Positions 1-11,850 of a DNA stretch of 63,021 nt are shown piece by piece (positions within the stretch are counted from its first letter, which is position 1; each line of letters starts with the position of its first letter). The notes under the pieces are model-generated. The model was not told where the DNA came from. It made no database searches and worked only from the letters and a program-made list of their open reading frames with translations. Origin of the DNA: an uncultured Clostridium sp. GTDB lineage: Bacteria; Bacillota; Clostridia; TANB77; CAG-508. A program made the position numbers and the translations under genes. The stretch spans positions 1 through 63,021 of the forward strand of contig CAMJYG010000003.1 in NCBI GenBank assembly GCA_946409935.1, read 5' to 3'.

Positions 1-164
1 CTTCCTACTGTAGGAAAGCCCGTTATTTTTTATTAAAAAGCTTTAACTAGTAACAATATGCATAAATTTTATAGAAAATTCTATTCCCTTTTTTCAAAAA
101 ACGTAGTATAATATAAAACATAAAAAATAAGCAGTTTGTAAATTTGGAAGGAATGAATTAAAAA

Positions 165-3100
165 ATGAACACAATATTAGGAGAGCTTGGTAAGTCAAAT
201 AAATTTACAGATTTACTAAAACAGATAGAAAATAAAACAAGTCCGGTAGCAATATCGGGCTTAACTGACGTTGGCTTAATACAAATGAGTACGGCAATTA
301 ATGAGTTTGGAAAGATTCCTATATGTATAGTTACATATAATGAAATTCAAGCAAAAAAAATATATGAAGATATAAAATATTTTACAGATAAAGTAGTATT
401 ATTTCCAAAAAAAGAAATTGTAACTTATGACTATATAGCGGAAAGTAAGGATTTACCTTATGAAAGAATAGAAGCATTAAATTCAGTAATAACAAAGAAA
501 AATATAATTGTTGTTACAACAATAGAAGCATTAATGCAAAAGTTGCCTAAAAAAGATGTATTATATAAGAATGTATTAGATTTAAAAATAGGAGAGACCT
601 ATAATTTAGAAGAGGTAAAGCAAAGATTAGTAAAGCTAGGATATGCTAGAAGTGACCTAATTGAAGGAAGAGGGCAATTTAGTATTAGAGGTGGAATTGT
701 AGATATTTCTATAAGCGAAAATATTGGAGTAAGAATTGAATTTTGGGGAGATGAAGTAGATTCAATTAGAAATTTCAGTATTACAAGCCAAAGATCAATT
801 AATAGTTTAGAAAAAACTTCAATATATCCATCACACGAATATTTATTAGAAAAATCAATTGAAGTAGTAAGTGAAAAAATAAGAGAAGATTATAAAAATA
901 CCAAAAATGGCGAACTAATAGAACTAGATATAGAACAAATAAAAGCAGGAAATTATATCAGCAAAATAGACAAGTATTTTGATTGTTTTTATCAAGAGCA
1001 ACAAACTTTATTAGAATATTTATCTGATAATTACTGTTTATTTATTGATGAAATCAGCAAAATAGAAGCTAGAAGTAGAAATATTGAAATAGATAGAGAA
1101 AATTTAATTAAAGCATTATTTGAAAAAGAAAAAATAGTTCCAGAAGCTATTACAAATTCTTTAAAAATAGAAGATATAAAAGAAAAATTTGGAAAAAAAC
1201 AAATAATTTATATTGAAAAGCAAGATATAAAAAATAAAATAGCTGGGGAAAATTATAAATTTCAATATAGAGAAATTAATTACTATAAAAGCGAAATAGA
1301 TAATTTAATAGAAGAACTAAGAAAAGGAATAAATGAAAAGAAAAAAATATACATTTTAGTTTCAACAACTGAAAAAGCAAAAAAACTTCAAACATTATTA
1401 AATGAGAAAGAAATATTAAATAAAATTGAAGAAAAATTAAATCAAACTATTATAGTAAAATCAAATGAGTCTATAGTTACTATAACTATTGGAAAGATTT
1501 CCGCTGGATTTGAATGTTATGATTTAAATGAAATTGTAATATCAGCAGATGATTTAATAGATGGTGAAAAAAGGAAAAAAACAATTAGTAGTGCAGCTTT
1601 TAAAGAGGGAGAAAAAGTTGTATTTGCTGATTTAAAAGTACGGAGATTATGTGGTTCACAGAAAATATGGAATAGGTATTTATATAGGTGTAAATACTAT
1701 AAAAGCTGATAAAACTATAAAAGATTATATAAAAATAAAATATCAAAATGATGATATTCTATATATACCTACAAATGATATGGATTCTATTAGAAAATAT
1801 ATAGGTGGAGATGCAATACAGCCTAAGATAAATAAGCTTGGAACTAGAGACTGGGAAAATACCAAAACAAAAGTTAAAAAGAATTTACGAGAGGTTGCAA
1901 AAGAATTGATAGAATTGTATGCAAAAAGAGAAAAAGCACAGGGGTTTGCATTTAATAAAGATACACCTTGGCAAGGGGAATTTGAAGGTAAATTTCCATA
2001 TCAAGAAACAGACGACCAGCTTCGCTGTATAGAAGAAGTAAAAAAAGATATGGAATTAGCAAAGCCAATGGATAGACTATTATGTGGAGATGTAGGATAT
2101 GGAAAAACAGAAGTTGCATTAAGAGCTGCATTTAAAGCTACTATGGATCAAAAACAAGTAGCATATTTAGCACCAACTACAGTATTGGCAGAACAACAAT
2201 ATCAAGAATTTAAAGAAAGAATGAAAGATTTTCCTATTAAAGTAGAAATTTTAAATAGATTTAAAAGCAAAAAATATCAAGATGACGTAATAAAAAAATT
2301 GAAATTAGGAGAAGTTGATATAGTAATCGGAACACATAGATTACTAAGTAAAGATGTGGAGTTTAAAGACTTAGGTTTGTTAATTATAGATGAGGAGCAT
2401 AGATTTGGAGTAAAAGCAAAAGAAAAGATAAAACAATTAAAAACAAGTGTGGATGTACTTACAATGACAGCAACACCAATTCCAAGAACTATGCATATGT
2501 CAATAGTAGGAATAAGAGATATGTCTGTTATATATGAACCACCTCATAATAGAAAACCTGTACAGACGTATGTTTTAGAATATGATACAGAAGTTGTAAA
2601 AGAAGCAATTACAAAGGAATTAGAAAGAGGAGGTCAAGTATTTTACTTATTCAATAATGTTGAAGGAATAGAGAAAAAAGCAGATGATATATCAAAATTA
2701 GTTCCTGAGTCAGTTGTTACATTCGCACATGGAAAAATGACAGGAAATCAGATTGAAGAAATAATGAAAGAATTTACAGAAGGAAAGACAAATGTTTTGG
2801 TTTGTACTACAATATTAGAATCTGGAATTGATATACCAAATGCAAATACAATAATTGTAGAAAATGCAGACAGAATGGGATTGGCCCAACTTTACCAAAT
2901 ACGAGGAAGAGTTGGAAGAGCAGATAAACAAGCGTATGCATATATTACTTACAAAAGGGATAAATTATTATCAGAGGTTGCAGATAAAAGATTAAAAGCA
3001 ATAAAAGAATTTACAGAATTTGGTTCTGGTTTTAAAATTGCCATGAGAGATTTGGAAATACGTGGAGCAGGAAGTTTGCTTCGGAGAAATACAATCAGGT

Positions 3101-3625
3101 CATCTAGAGCAAGTAGGTTATGATACATATTGCAATTTGCTAGATGAAGTTGTAAAAGAAATGAAAGGCATAAAAGTTGAACCAGAAGTGGATATACAAA
3201 TAGACTTAAATGTAACAAGTTATATTCCAGATGAATATATAGAAGATTCAAATCAAAAAATAGAAATATATCAAAATATTGCACTTTGTAAAAATGAAGA
3301 AGATATTCAAAATATAATAGACGAAATAATAGATAGATTTGGAGATATGCCAGAAGAACTCGAGAATTTGATAGATATAGCTCGTATAAAATATTTAGCT
3401 AAAGGCTTAAATATTGAAAAAATTGCAAGTAAAAAAACGGCAGTATTATTTACTTTTAATGGAAGTAAGCAGGATATTGATATTCCAAGCTTAGTTAACA
3501 AATATGGTAATAAAATAAAGTTCTCTGCTGGTATAAAGCCAATGGTAACATTGGAAATAGGCTCATATAACGAAAGACAAATATTAAATGATGTGACTGA
3601 TTTTTTGAAAGAATTTCAAAAATAA
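165..3625 (+). CDS. mfd: Transcription-repair coupling factor Mfd, ~1152 aa, joined across two +1 shifts at CGG (1641, 3082)
   Basis: Three consecutive ORFs give the UvrB-like N-terminus (GQFSIRGGIVDI), RID plus helicase motifs (GDVGYGKT, DEEHRFG, QIRGRVGR) and TRCF C-terminus. Skipping one C restores LKVGDYVVH and GSLLGEIQSGH. Confidence 0.96.
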
Positions 3626-3689
3626 TAGAATTTTTCCAATTGTTTGTTGTTATTCAGCAAATGTTGTTAAAACAATTTTTGATTATGGT

Positions 3690-3880
3690 ATATTCCTAGC
3701 TCATTATGAATTAAAAAATTTGTAAAAATGCTCGTTCAAGTTGAGACTGCGTAAGAAATTCACATAAATTTTATGGCACCCTTCCATTTTCTTCGAAAAT
3801 GAACTCTTTCCATAAAATTTATTAGAATTTATAGCTTAAAATAACATACTACAAATTTATTAGCTTTCCGATTTGCTCTT
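3690..3880. repeat. Composite intergenic palindromic element
   Basis: Has the GGCACCCTTCCA...GAACTCTTTCC core shared with 32792-32991. 3821-3880 matches the module at 34825-34881. Confidence 0.7.
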
Positions 3881-3917
3881 CTCTTAATAAAAGTAAAGTT
3901 AGAAAGGAAATTTTGAG

Positions 3918-4712
3918 ATGCAAATAATTTCAAGTAAAGAAAATGATTTAATTAAGCACATAAAAAAATTGAAAGATAAAAAATATAGAGATATTAGTAA
4001 TCAATATATTGTAGAAGGTATTAAGCTGGTATCTGAAGCTATTCAAGAAAATGCTAATATTAAAGAAATTGTATTGTGCGAAGATTGTGAAAAATCAGAG
4101 ATCATTCCAAAGGATTTAATGTATGAGATAGCCAAAAAAGAGTGTATTTATGTAACAGAAAAGATTTTTAAATTTATTACAGAGGTGCAGGCTCCTCAAG
4201 GTATACTTGCTGTAATTGAAAGAGACAACGATAATAATAAAATTAATTATGATGTAGACATAATAGTTGCGATTGATGATATACAAGATCCCGGAAATTT
4301 AGGAACTATTTTAAGAACAGTAGATAGTATAGGTGTAACACAAATTTTAGTATCTAAAGGTACAGTAGATGCTTACAATTCTAAAGTAGTAAGATCAACT
4401 ATGGGAGCTATATTTAGAATAAAAATAATAGAATGTGAGGATTTAGAAAAGACTTTAAAAGAGGTAAAAAAGCATGATTTTAAAGTAGTTGTGTCTTCAC
4501 TTCAAACTGAAAATAATATATATAGTATAGATTATAATAAAAAAGTTATTGTTATAGGAAATGAAGCGAATGGGGTAGAACCAAAAATACAAGATTTGGC
4601 AGATGAAAAAATAAAAATTCCTATGTTTGGAAAAACTGAAAGTTTAAATGCTTCAGTTGCAACAGGAATTATACTTTATGAATATGTTAGGCAGAAATTT
4701 TTTGTACAATAG
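3918..4712 (+). CDS. TrmH/SpoU family RNA methyltransferase
   Basis: QDPGNLGTILRT, IGNEANGV and ESLNASVA SPOUT motifs, plus an N-terminal substrate-binding domain. Confidence 0.93.
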   Translation: MQIISSKENDLIKHIKKLKDKKYRDISNQYIVEGIKLVSEAIQENANIKEIVLCEDCEKSEIIPKDLMYEIAKKECIYVTEKIFKFITEVQAPQGILAVIERDNDNNKINYDVDIIVAIDDIQDPGNLGTILRTVDSIGVTQILVSKGTVDAYNSKVVRSTMGAIFRIKIIECEDLEKTLKEVKKHDFKVVVSSLQTENNIYSIDYNKKVIVIGNEANGVEPKIQDLADEKIKIPMFGKTESLNASVATGIILYEYVRQKFFVQ

Positions 4713-4848
4713 GAAACAAACAGTAACATCTTTATAAAAAAGAAAGTCAAAAGTTGAAAAAAAAATATCCTTCCGACTAATTTAATATCAAATATTAAAT
4801 TAGTCGGAGAGAAGGGATTTATAAATTAGGAGGGAACGAAAATTAAAA

Positions 4849-5352
4849 ATGAAATTAAATGTAGTAATGGTAGAACCAGAAATTCCACAAAATACAGGAA
4901 ATATTGCAAGAACATGTGCTATAACTGGAGCCAAACTCCACTTAGTACATCCACTTGGATTTAAAATAGACGAAAAGTCTATAAAAAGAGCAGGTTTGGA
5001 CTATTGGGATAAAGTCGAAATAGAAGAACATAATTCTTTAGAAGATTTTTTAGAAAAATATAATCCAGAAGATAATAATATGTTTTTTGCTACAACAAAA
5101 GGAAAAACTAAATATACTGATGTAGATTATTCTAAAATGGATGAAGTTTTTGTACTATATGGGAAAGAGACAAAAGGTCTTCCAGAATGGCTTCTTGAAA
5201 AGTATTTAAATCAAAAAACTATAAGAATACCTATGCTTCCAACGTTAAGGTCACTTAATTTATCAAATTCTGTGGCTATTATTACATATGAAATTTTAAG
5301 ACAACATAATTTTGAAGATTTACAAGAAATTAGCTCATATTTTGATAAATAA
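4849..5352 (+). CDS. trmL: tRNA (cytidine/uridine(34)-2'-O)-methyltransferase
   Basis: PEIPQNTGNIARTC, RAGLDYW, GKETKGLP, RSLNLSNSVA; 167 aa. Confidence 0.93.
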   Translation: MKLNVVMVEPEIPQNTGNIARTCAITGAKLHLVHPLGFKIDEKSIKRAGLDYWDKVEIEEHNSLEDFLEKYNPEDNNMFFATTKGKTKYTDVDYSKMDEVFVLYGKETKGLPEWLLEKYLNQKTIRIPMLPTLRSLNLSNSVAIITYEILRQHNFEDLQEISSYFDK

Positions 5353-5583
5353 TAGTTACTATATATCAAAATAAGAGAAATAATGACGAAAAATAAGAAG
5401 ATTTGTAGAAACTATTGCAAGTTTTCTTATTTTTTGCTAATCTAAAGTTAGAAAATATTTTTTTAAATCTAATTTAATTTTATTTTTTTTCAATTTTTTT
5501 TATCAATTTAAATAATCAATTTTAATCCATTCAAAATTTCATTTTTTAAAACACAACAATAAAATTAAAAAGGAGGAGGATTA

Positions 5584-6231
5584 TTGAAAGTATTTACCTA
5601 TAACCAATATATAGAGTATATTCACAAGGTGAGGTTAAATGCAGTTTTACAATTAGCAGAAGAAAATGCAGGATATAACTTAGAGTGTACAAGTGAGCAA
5701 AACAGTAACGATAAAGCGATAATAGATATACTAAAGAAAAAAAGAGAAGTATCAAGTTTAATAAATGACTTTTTGATACCAAGAGAAAAAGTACAAGCTA
5801 AAGATTTACAGGTATATACTAATGATTATATAAATAAAAAAAATAATTCAAAAGAATTTCAAATTATATATAAAATAGAAAAAAAGCCGATATTTTATTT
5901 ATTTAAATATAAAGTTAAAACAGATGACGAAATTAATTATAAAATACTAAATTCTTGTATAGATATAATACAGTCTTGGAGCATCGGTCAAAAAAAAGAA
6001 AAACATGAAAGATATCCACTAATAGTTCCGGTTGTTATTTATACAGGTAAAGATATTTGGAAAATTCCAAAGCATAATAAACAAAAGAAAATAGGTACAT
6101 TTATATTAGAAAAAAATCAAATAGATTTAGAATATAATATTATTGATATAAATAAACTATCAACAAAATTTTTATTACAAAAGAATAGCGAATTTAGCCA
6201 AAGAATGTTAATTATGAAGGCTAACTCTTGA
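5584..6231 (+). CDS. Degenerate Rpn/Transposase_31-like protein
   Basis: PLIVPVVIYTGKDIWK and LEYNIIDIN resemble Rpn motifs; the EHQS catalytic motif is not recognisable; strong RBS before TTG. Confidence 0.5.
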   Translation: MKVFTYNQYIEYIHKVRLNAVLQLAEENAGYNLECTSEQNSNDKAIIDILKKKREVSSLINDFLIPREKVQAKDLQVYTNDYINKKNNSKEFQIIYKIEKKPIFYLFKYKVKTDDEINYKILNSCIDIIQSWSIGQKKEKHERYPLIVPVVIYTGKDIWKIPKHNKQKKIGTFILEKNQIDLEYNIIDINKLSTKFLLQKNSEFSQRMLIMKANS

Positions 6232-6629
6232 TTATTAATCTGTTACAGTCTAGTAACATTAAATATTGGATTTTTTCAATTACTAAGGAGAGTGATTATA
6301 TAGATATAGATTATAGAATTATAGGAGAGAGAATAAAAAATCTAAGAAATAATAAAAATATTTCTCAAGAAAAACTAGCTAAAGGGCTAAATGTACCAGT
6401 TACAGATATTTGTGAGGTAGAAAAAGGAGCTAGGATTGAATTAGAAAAAATAGCTCAAATAAGTACAGTATTAGCTGTACCAATTGAACAAATAATTTCT
6501 GGTACAGTACCACAAGCTCCTAATTACTTAAATCAAGATTTATATCAAGTTTTGATTAAATGTACACCAGATAAACAGAAATTAATATACAATATTGCTA
6601 AGATTGTACTAGGAGCTGAATTTGTATAA
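6228..6629 (+). CDS. XRE-family HTH regulator (true start probably near 6300)
   Basis: DYRIIGERIKNLRNNKNISQEKLAKGL HTH_3 pattern; AAGGAG at 6285-6290. Confidence 0.85.
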   Translation: MIINLLQSSNIKYWIFSITKESDYIDIDYRIIGERIKNLRNNKNISQEKLAKGLNVPVTDICEVEKGARIELEKIAQISTVLAVPIEQIISGTVPQAPNYLNQDLYQVLIKCTPDKQKLIYNIAKIVLGAEFV

Positions 6630-6675
6630 GGTTGTTTTTTAAAATTTTAAATGTGTAAATGTAAAATATTGATAA

Positions 6676-6851
6676 GGTTGAAAAATAACTACAGTTTTGA
6701 CGGCGTTATATTATATTTAAAACGCGGTTTACACAAGGTATACTGACGCTGTAACAAGCAAAGCTTTAACAGCCTCAGTAGCATACAAAAAGTATTCGCC
6801 CTTGCCTTTTAAATATAATATGTCTTGTCAAAATTTAATTCTTTTCCAACC
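6676..6851. repeat. Family A palindromic element, long form with expanded loop
   Basis: GGTTGAAAAATAA...TTAATTCTTTTCCAACC termini and arms shared with 41460 and 42626. Confidence 0.9.
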
Positions 6852-6896
6852 AAAATTAAAAAAAGAATATAAAAAAAGAATAACCAAAATGTCTGT

Positions 6897-6925
6897 TTGA
6901 CAAAAAGTGCTAAAAATAGTATAAT
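6897..6925 (+). promoter_or_regulatory. Sigma-A promoter
   Basis: TTGACA-17bp-TATAAT, exact consensus. Confidence 0.85.
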
Positions 6926-6957
6926 ATACGTATAGAATAAATATTTGAAAAGGAGGC

Positions 6958-8034
6958 ATGGATATGGCATTACTCGATATTTTTAGAAAAAAGAAACCAA
7001 AAAGTACTGATGAAAAAATAGAAGAAGCAAGGAGAGCAAGAGTGGAAATTGAAAATAGTTATCCAAAGGATCCAAAAGAAGAAATGGATAACTATTTATA
7101 TGAAGCATTAAACGGTTTGGAAGAATCTGGAGCTTATAAAATGCAAATGAAAATGGTAGAAGAAAGAATAAAAAAATTAGAAGATGAGGAATATGAGGAA
7201 TTTAAAAAATTAGGAATAACAAGGGAAGATTATAATTTATTAGGAGAAATTGAGAATTCTATAAGTAGTGCAGAAAATGAGGAATATAAGGATTTTGAAA
7301 AATTGGAAAAAATACGTGGAGATTTTTTGAAATTTGTGGAAAATAATCCAAAGCTTTTTGTGGAAATGAGAATCGATACATTAGAAAAAAATGAAGATTA
7401 TTCCAATATAGCTTTTAAAAGATTATCAGATGTGGGAAAAAATTGTGTGATTATACAATCATATTTGGAATGTTACAAAAAATTACAAGAATCAGGAAAG
7501 AAAACTGAAATGGCAAAATTTAAATCCGATTTAAAAGAAGATGTTAATACAGAAGAAATATTAAAAAAAGTAGAAATAGAAGAAAAAAAGAAAGAGTACA
7601 TAAAAAATCATCCATATGCAAAAATTTTGGATGAATTAATGGAGTATGCAAATACAAAACAATTTTATGGAACTTCTGAAGAAAGTGTTTTTGCTCAATA
7701 TAAAATTGCTTCTATCATTGATAATAGAGCCCAAAAGGCTAAATTTGTTTCAGGTGCAAAAAGTATTTTTGAATGTGAGATAAATGGAGAAAAAATAATG
7801 TATGGAAGGCAACATGCAGAATGGGTACTAAAAGTATTGCATAGACTAGGTATAATAGATTTAAGTAATAATTTATCTGAATTTGCTCATATGAGAGAGA
7901 ATTATTTGTCAGATGAAGAAGTAAACAATCGTACAAAAAAATGGATAATAGAAGCTGAACGTTTATATATATCTAGTACCGAATTGCCAGAAGAATATAA
8001 AAAATATATACATGAAGGTAATCTTAGAGGATAA
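6958..8034 (+). CDS. Hypothetical protein (charged, helical)
   Basis: 358-aa ORF with promoter, AGGAGG RBS and terminator; no family recognised. Confidence 0.8.
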   Translation: MDMALLDIFRKKKPKSTDEKIEEARRARVEIENSYPKDPKEEMDNYLYEALNGLEESGAYKMQMKMVEERIKKLEDEEYEEFKKLGITREDYNLLGEIENSISSAENEEYKDFEKLEKIRGDFLKFVENNPKLFVEMRIDTLEKNEDYSNIAFKRLSDVGKNCVIIQSYLECYKKLQESGKKTEMAKFKSDLKEDVNTEEILKKVEIEEKKKEYIKNHPYAKILDELMEYANTKQFYGTSEESVFAQYKIASIIDNRAQKAKFVSGAKSIFECEINGEKIMYGRQHAEWVLKVLHRLGIIDLSNNLSEFAHMRENYLSDEEVNNRTKKWIIEAERLYISSTELPEEYKKYIHEGNLRG

Positions 8035-8113
8035 TTAAAAAAATAATTTTTATAGTTTTTAATACTATATATTTAAGATTAACTTTAAGTAAAATAAAAA
8101 AATTATATAAATC

Positions 8114-8137
8114 AAAGAAGCCTATTGGCTTCTTTTT
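8114..8137 (+). terminator. Intrinsic terminator
   Basis: AAAGAAGCC-TATT-GGCTTCTTT followed by Ts. Confidence 0.8.
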
Positions 8138-8263
8138 AAATCTTACAATTTACGATAATAATTCACTAAGTAAATGTTTTATTCAAACCCAAAATTCTAT
8201 TTACAAATCACAAAAAATAGTATAAACTTTATAAGATAAAAGAAGAACAAAAGGTGATAATAA

Positions 8264-11200
8264 ATGTATTTAAAAAGATTAGAATTACAAGGTTTTAAAT
8301 CCTTTGCAGATAAAACTGTACTAGAATTTATGCCTGGAATAACAAGTGTAATTGGTCCAAATGGTTCAGGAAAAAGTAATATATCTGACGCTATAAGATG
8401 GGTACTTGGAGAACAAAGTATGAAGTCTCTAAGAGGAACTAAATCTCTAGATATTATTTTTGCAGGAACACAAAATAGAAAATCATTAGGCTTTGCAGAA
8501 AGTTCATTAGTATTTGATAACTCAGATGGTGCATTACCTATTGAATATACAGAAGTTACTGTAACCAGAAAGATTTATAGAAGCGGAGAAACAGGATATT
8601 TTATAAACAAAGTGCCATGTAGACTTAAAGATGTTTTAGAATTATTTATGGATACTGGTATTGGAAAAGATGGATACTCTATAATTGGACAAGGTAAAAT
8701 AGATGAAATATTAAGTAATAAATCAGAAGATAGAAGAAATATTTTTGAAGAAGCAGCTGGAATTGTAAAATATAGAACAAGAAAAGCTGAAAGCGAAAAA
8801 AAATTAGAACATACTAAATTAAATTTACTTAGAATAAACGATATTTTAGCAGAAATAGAAACAAATATAGAACCATTAAAAAATCAATCTGAAAAAGCAA
8901 AAAAATATTTGAATTTAAGAGAAGAGTTAAAAAACATTGAAATAGGGCTTTTTATTTATAATATTGAAAAATATAAAATAAATTTAGAAGAAATAGTAAA
9001 AGATGAAGATGTCTTCGAAAATCAATGTAAAAATGAGGAAGAAAAATTAGAAAGAATAAAAAGTCTTAAAGAAGAACTAAAATTCCAAATTGATGAAATA
9101 ACTAATCAAATTGAAGAAATGTCTAATATTGGTTTTGAAAGTAAAAAAGAAATTGAAATGCTAAATTCAGACATAAATGTTGCGAATACAAGAATTAGTA
9201 ACAACAAAGAGAACAAATTAAGATATGAAAAAGAAATAGAAGAACAACAGGAAAGATTTAAAGAATTAGAAGAAGAAATAAAACAAAAACAAGAGAAAAG
9301 AGCTAATTTACAACAAAATAAAGATAAATTTGAAAAAGAGTTAAAACAAAAAGAAGAAGAATTAGAAAAAATAACTAAAACATTATCAGATAAAGAAATA
9401 GAAATTGAAGCACATAAATTGAAAGTTGAGCAAAATACAGATAAAAAATATGAAATGCAATCACAAATAAATACACAAGAAATAAATTATCAAAATGATG
9501 AAAAAAGGCAAAAACAAATCAAAAATGAGATAGAAAATAGTATTTCTGAATTAGATTCTACAAGATTGGAAAAAGAAGAAATAGAAAAGAATTTTTACGA
9601 AATTGAAAGTAAAAGAAACAAATTTTTAAAATCATTAGAACAGGTCAATTCAAAAAAAGAAGAAGCTGATATCAAAATTAAAAATTTTGATAATAGTATA
9701 AATACATATTTAAGTGAGATGAGAATTAAAGAATCTAAACTTAAATTTTTAATAGAAACTGAAAAAGAAAAAGAAGGTTATATAAAAAGTGTAAAATCAC
9801 TTTTAAAAGATTGTGAATCTATTAAAGAATTAGGAAAAGGAATGCATGGTGTGCTTGCAAATATAATAGATGTACCTGAAGAATATCAAACAGCAATTGA
9901 AATGTGTTTAGGTGCAAGTTTGCAAAACATCGTAACAGATAATGAAGAAGATGCTAAAAAGTTGGTAGAGCATTTAAGAAAAAATAATTTGGGAAGAGCT
10001 TCTTTTTTACCTATAACCTCGGTTAAAGGTAAGAAACTAGAAAAAATAAATGGAAAAGAAAGTGGATTTATAGGCATTGCATCAGATTTAATAAAATATG
10101 AAAAAAAATATGAGCAAATTGTTTTAAATCTATTGGGAAGAACTGTAGTTGTTAATAATATGGAAACAGCTATAAAAGTTGCAAAACAAAATGGATATTC
10201 ATTTAGAATTATTACATTGGATGGTGATGTTATCAATCCATCTGGAGCGATTACAGGAGGTTCTGTTAGCAAAAAAACTGTAAATATACTTGGTAGAGGA
10301 AAAGAAATAGAAAAGCTTGAAGCTGAAATAAAGGAAATAAAAGATAAAATTCAAAAATTGCAAAAAGAAAAAGAAGAATACCAAAAATCAATTGAGGATA
10401 TTTTAGACGAAGCAACAGTATTGGAAAAAGAACTTCAAGAAATAGATATAAATTATGCAACAGAAAAACAGAAATCTATTGCTATAAATGAAAATATAAG
10501 AAAGATTGAGGAAAAATTAAATAGACTAAAAGATGAAGAAGCAATAATTGAAAAACAAAAACAAGAGGCAATTGTAAATAAAGAAAATTTACAAGAAGAA
10601 ATAAAGACTTTAATAGAAGAAACAGAAAGTCTAAATAAAATAATTACAGAATTTGCCGAATTACATAAGGATAATCAAAAATATATAGACAATCTAAATT
10701 TTGATATTACAAATTTGAAAATATCTGTTTCATCTTTTGATGAAAGTGAAGCTTCAATAGAAGAAATACAAGAGAGAATTAATTTAGAAATGCAAAATAT
10801 AAAAAATAGTATTGAAAACAAAAAAATGCAAATAGAGCAAATAATAACAGATGACTTCAATTTAGAAAAATCTATAGAAGACATAAAACAAAAAATTGCA
10901 AAAATAAATGAAGAAGTTAAAAATAGTGGAACAAAGGTAGAAGGCTTAAAGCAAGAAAGAATAAATAAAAATGATATTTTAGCTAAGCAAGAGGAAGATA
11001 TAACAAATACATTCAAAATAATAGAAGATTTAAAAGCTCAAATTGTAAAAATAGATGTAAAGAAAACTAAATTAGAAGAAGATATAAATTTTAATATAAA
11101 TAAAATGTGGGAAGAATATGAATTAACTCCAAACAATGCTGGAGAATATAAAAAGCCTGAAAATGTTGCCTTAACTCAAAAGAAAGTAAATAATTTAAGA

Positions 11201-11812
11201 GCAGATATCCGAGATTTAGGAAGTGTGAACATAGATTCAATTGAAGAATATAAAGCACTAAAAGAAAGATATGATTTTATGTGTGAGCAAAGAGTAGATT
11301 TAGAAGACACAATGAGCAAATTAAGAAAAATTATTGCTGAAATGACAATTACGATGAAGGAACAATTTAAAAAGCAATTTGAGGTTATTAATAAAAATTT
11401 TGCAGAAGTGTTTAGAGAATTATTTGGTGGAGGAAATGCCACATTAAAATTAGAAGATGAAAATAATATTCTAGAATGTGGAATAGACATAACAGTTCAG
11501 CCACCAGGAAAGAAACTTCAAAATATGATGCTTCTTTCTGGTGGAGAAAAAGCATTTACTGCAATAGCACTTCTTTTTGCAATTTTAAAAATAAATCCAG
11601 CTCCATTCTGTGTTTTAGATGAAATTGAAGCAGCACTTGATGATGTAAATGTTTATAGATTTGCTGAATATTTGAAGAAATTTTCAAGTAATACACAATT
11701 TTTGGTTATTACACACAGAAAAGGGACTATGGAAGCAGCAGATACTGTTTATGGAGTAACTATGGAAGAAAGTGGTATTTCTAAATTGCTTTCAATGAGT
11801 TTGAAAAAGTAA
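8264..11812 (+). CDS. smc: Chromosome segregation protein SMC
   Basis: GFKSF, Walker A GPNGSGKSN, coiled coils, hinge (GRASFLP), LSGGEK, LDEIEAALD; 1182 aa. Confidence 0.98.
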   Translation: MYLKRLELQGFKSFADKTVLEFMPGITSVIGPNGSGKSNISDAIRWVLGEQSMKSLRGTKSLDIIFAGTQNRKSLGFAESSLVFDNSDGALPIEYTEVTVTRKIYRSGETGYFINKVPCRLKDVLELFMDTGIGKDGYSIIGQGKIDEILSNKSEDRRNIFEEAAGIVKYRTRKAESEKKLEHTKLNLLRINDILAEIETNIEPLKNQSEKAKKYLNLREELKNIEIGLFIYNIEKYKINLEEIVKDEDVFENQCKNEEEKLERIKSLKEELKFQIDEITNQIEEMSNIGFESKKEIEMLNSDINVANTRISNNKENKLRYEKEIEEQQERFKELEEEIKQKQEKRANLQQNKDKFEKELKQKEEELEKITKTLSDKEIEIEAHKLKVEQNTDKKYEMQSQINTQEINYQNDEKRQKQIKNEIENSISELDSTRLEKEEIEKNFYEIESKRNKFLKSLEQVNSKKEEADIKIKNFDNSINTYLSEMRIKESKLKFLIETEKEKEGYIKSVKSLLKDCESIKELGKGMHGVLANIIDVPEEYQTAIEMCLGASLQNIVTDNEEDAKKLVEHLRKNNLGRASFLPITSVKGKKLEKINGKESGFIGIASDLIKYEKKYEQIVLNLLGRTVVVNNMETAIKVAKQNGYSFRIITLDGDVINPSGAITGGSVSKKTVNILGRGKEIEKLEAEIKEIKDKIQKLQKEKEEYQKSIEDILDEATVLEKELQEIDINYATEKQKSIAINENIRKIEEKLNRLKDEEAIIEKQKQEAIVNKENLQEEIKTLIEETESLNKIITEFAELHKDNQKYIDNLNFDITNLKISVSSFDESEASIEEIQERINLEMQNIKNSIENKKMQIEQIITDDFNLEKSIEDIKQKIAKINEEVKNSGTKVEGLKQERINKNDILAKQEEDITNTFKIIEDLKAQIVKIDVKKTKLEEDINFNINKMWEEYELTPNNAGEYKKPENVALTQKKVNNLRADIRDLGSVNIDSIEEYKALKERYDFMCEQRVDLEDTMSKLRKIIAEMTITMKEQFKKQFEVINKNFAEVFRELFGGGNATLKLEDENNILECGIDITVQPPGKKLQNMMLLSGGEKAFTAIALLFAILKINPAPFCVLDEIEAALDDVNVYRFAEYLKKFSSNTQFLVITHRKGTMEAADTVYGVTMEESGISKLLSMSLKK

Positions 11813-11850
11813 GTCTATTGTTTTAACTAATTCTAAAACTATTTCGGTCG

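Noticed and set aside
165-3625. mfd and the other split genes as ordinary pseudogenes
   Set aside because: All breaks are the same C-GGN event and I saw no other lesions; random decay would give varied indels and stops.
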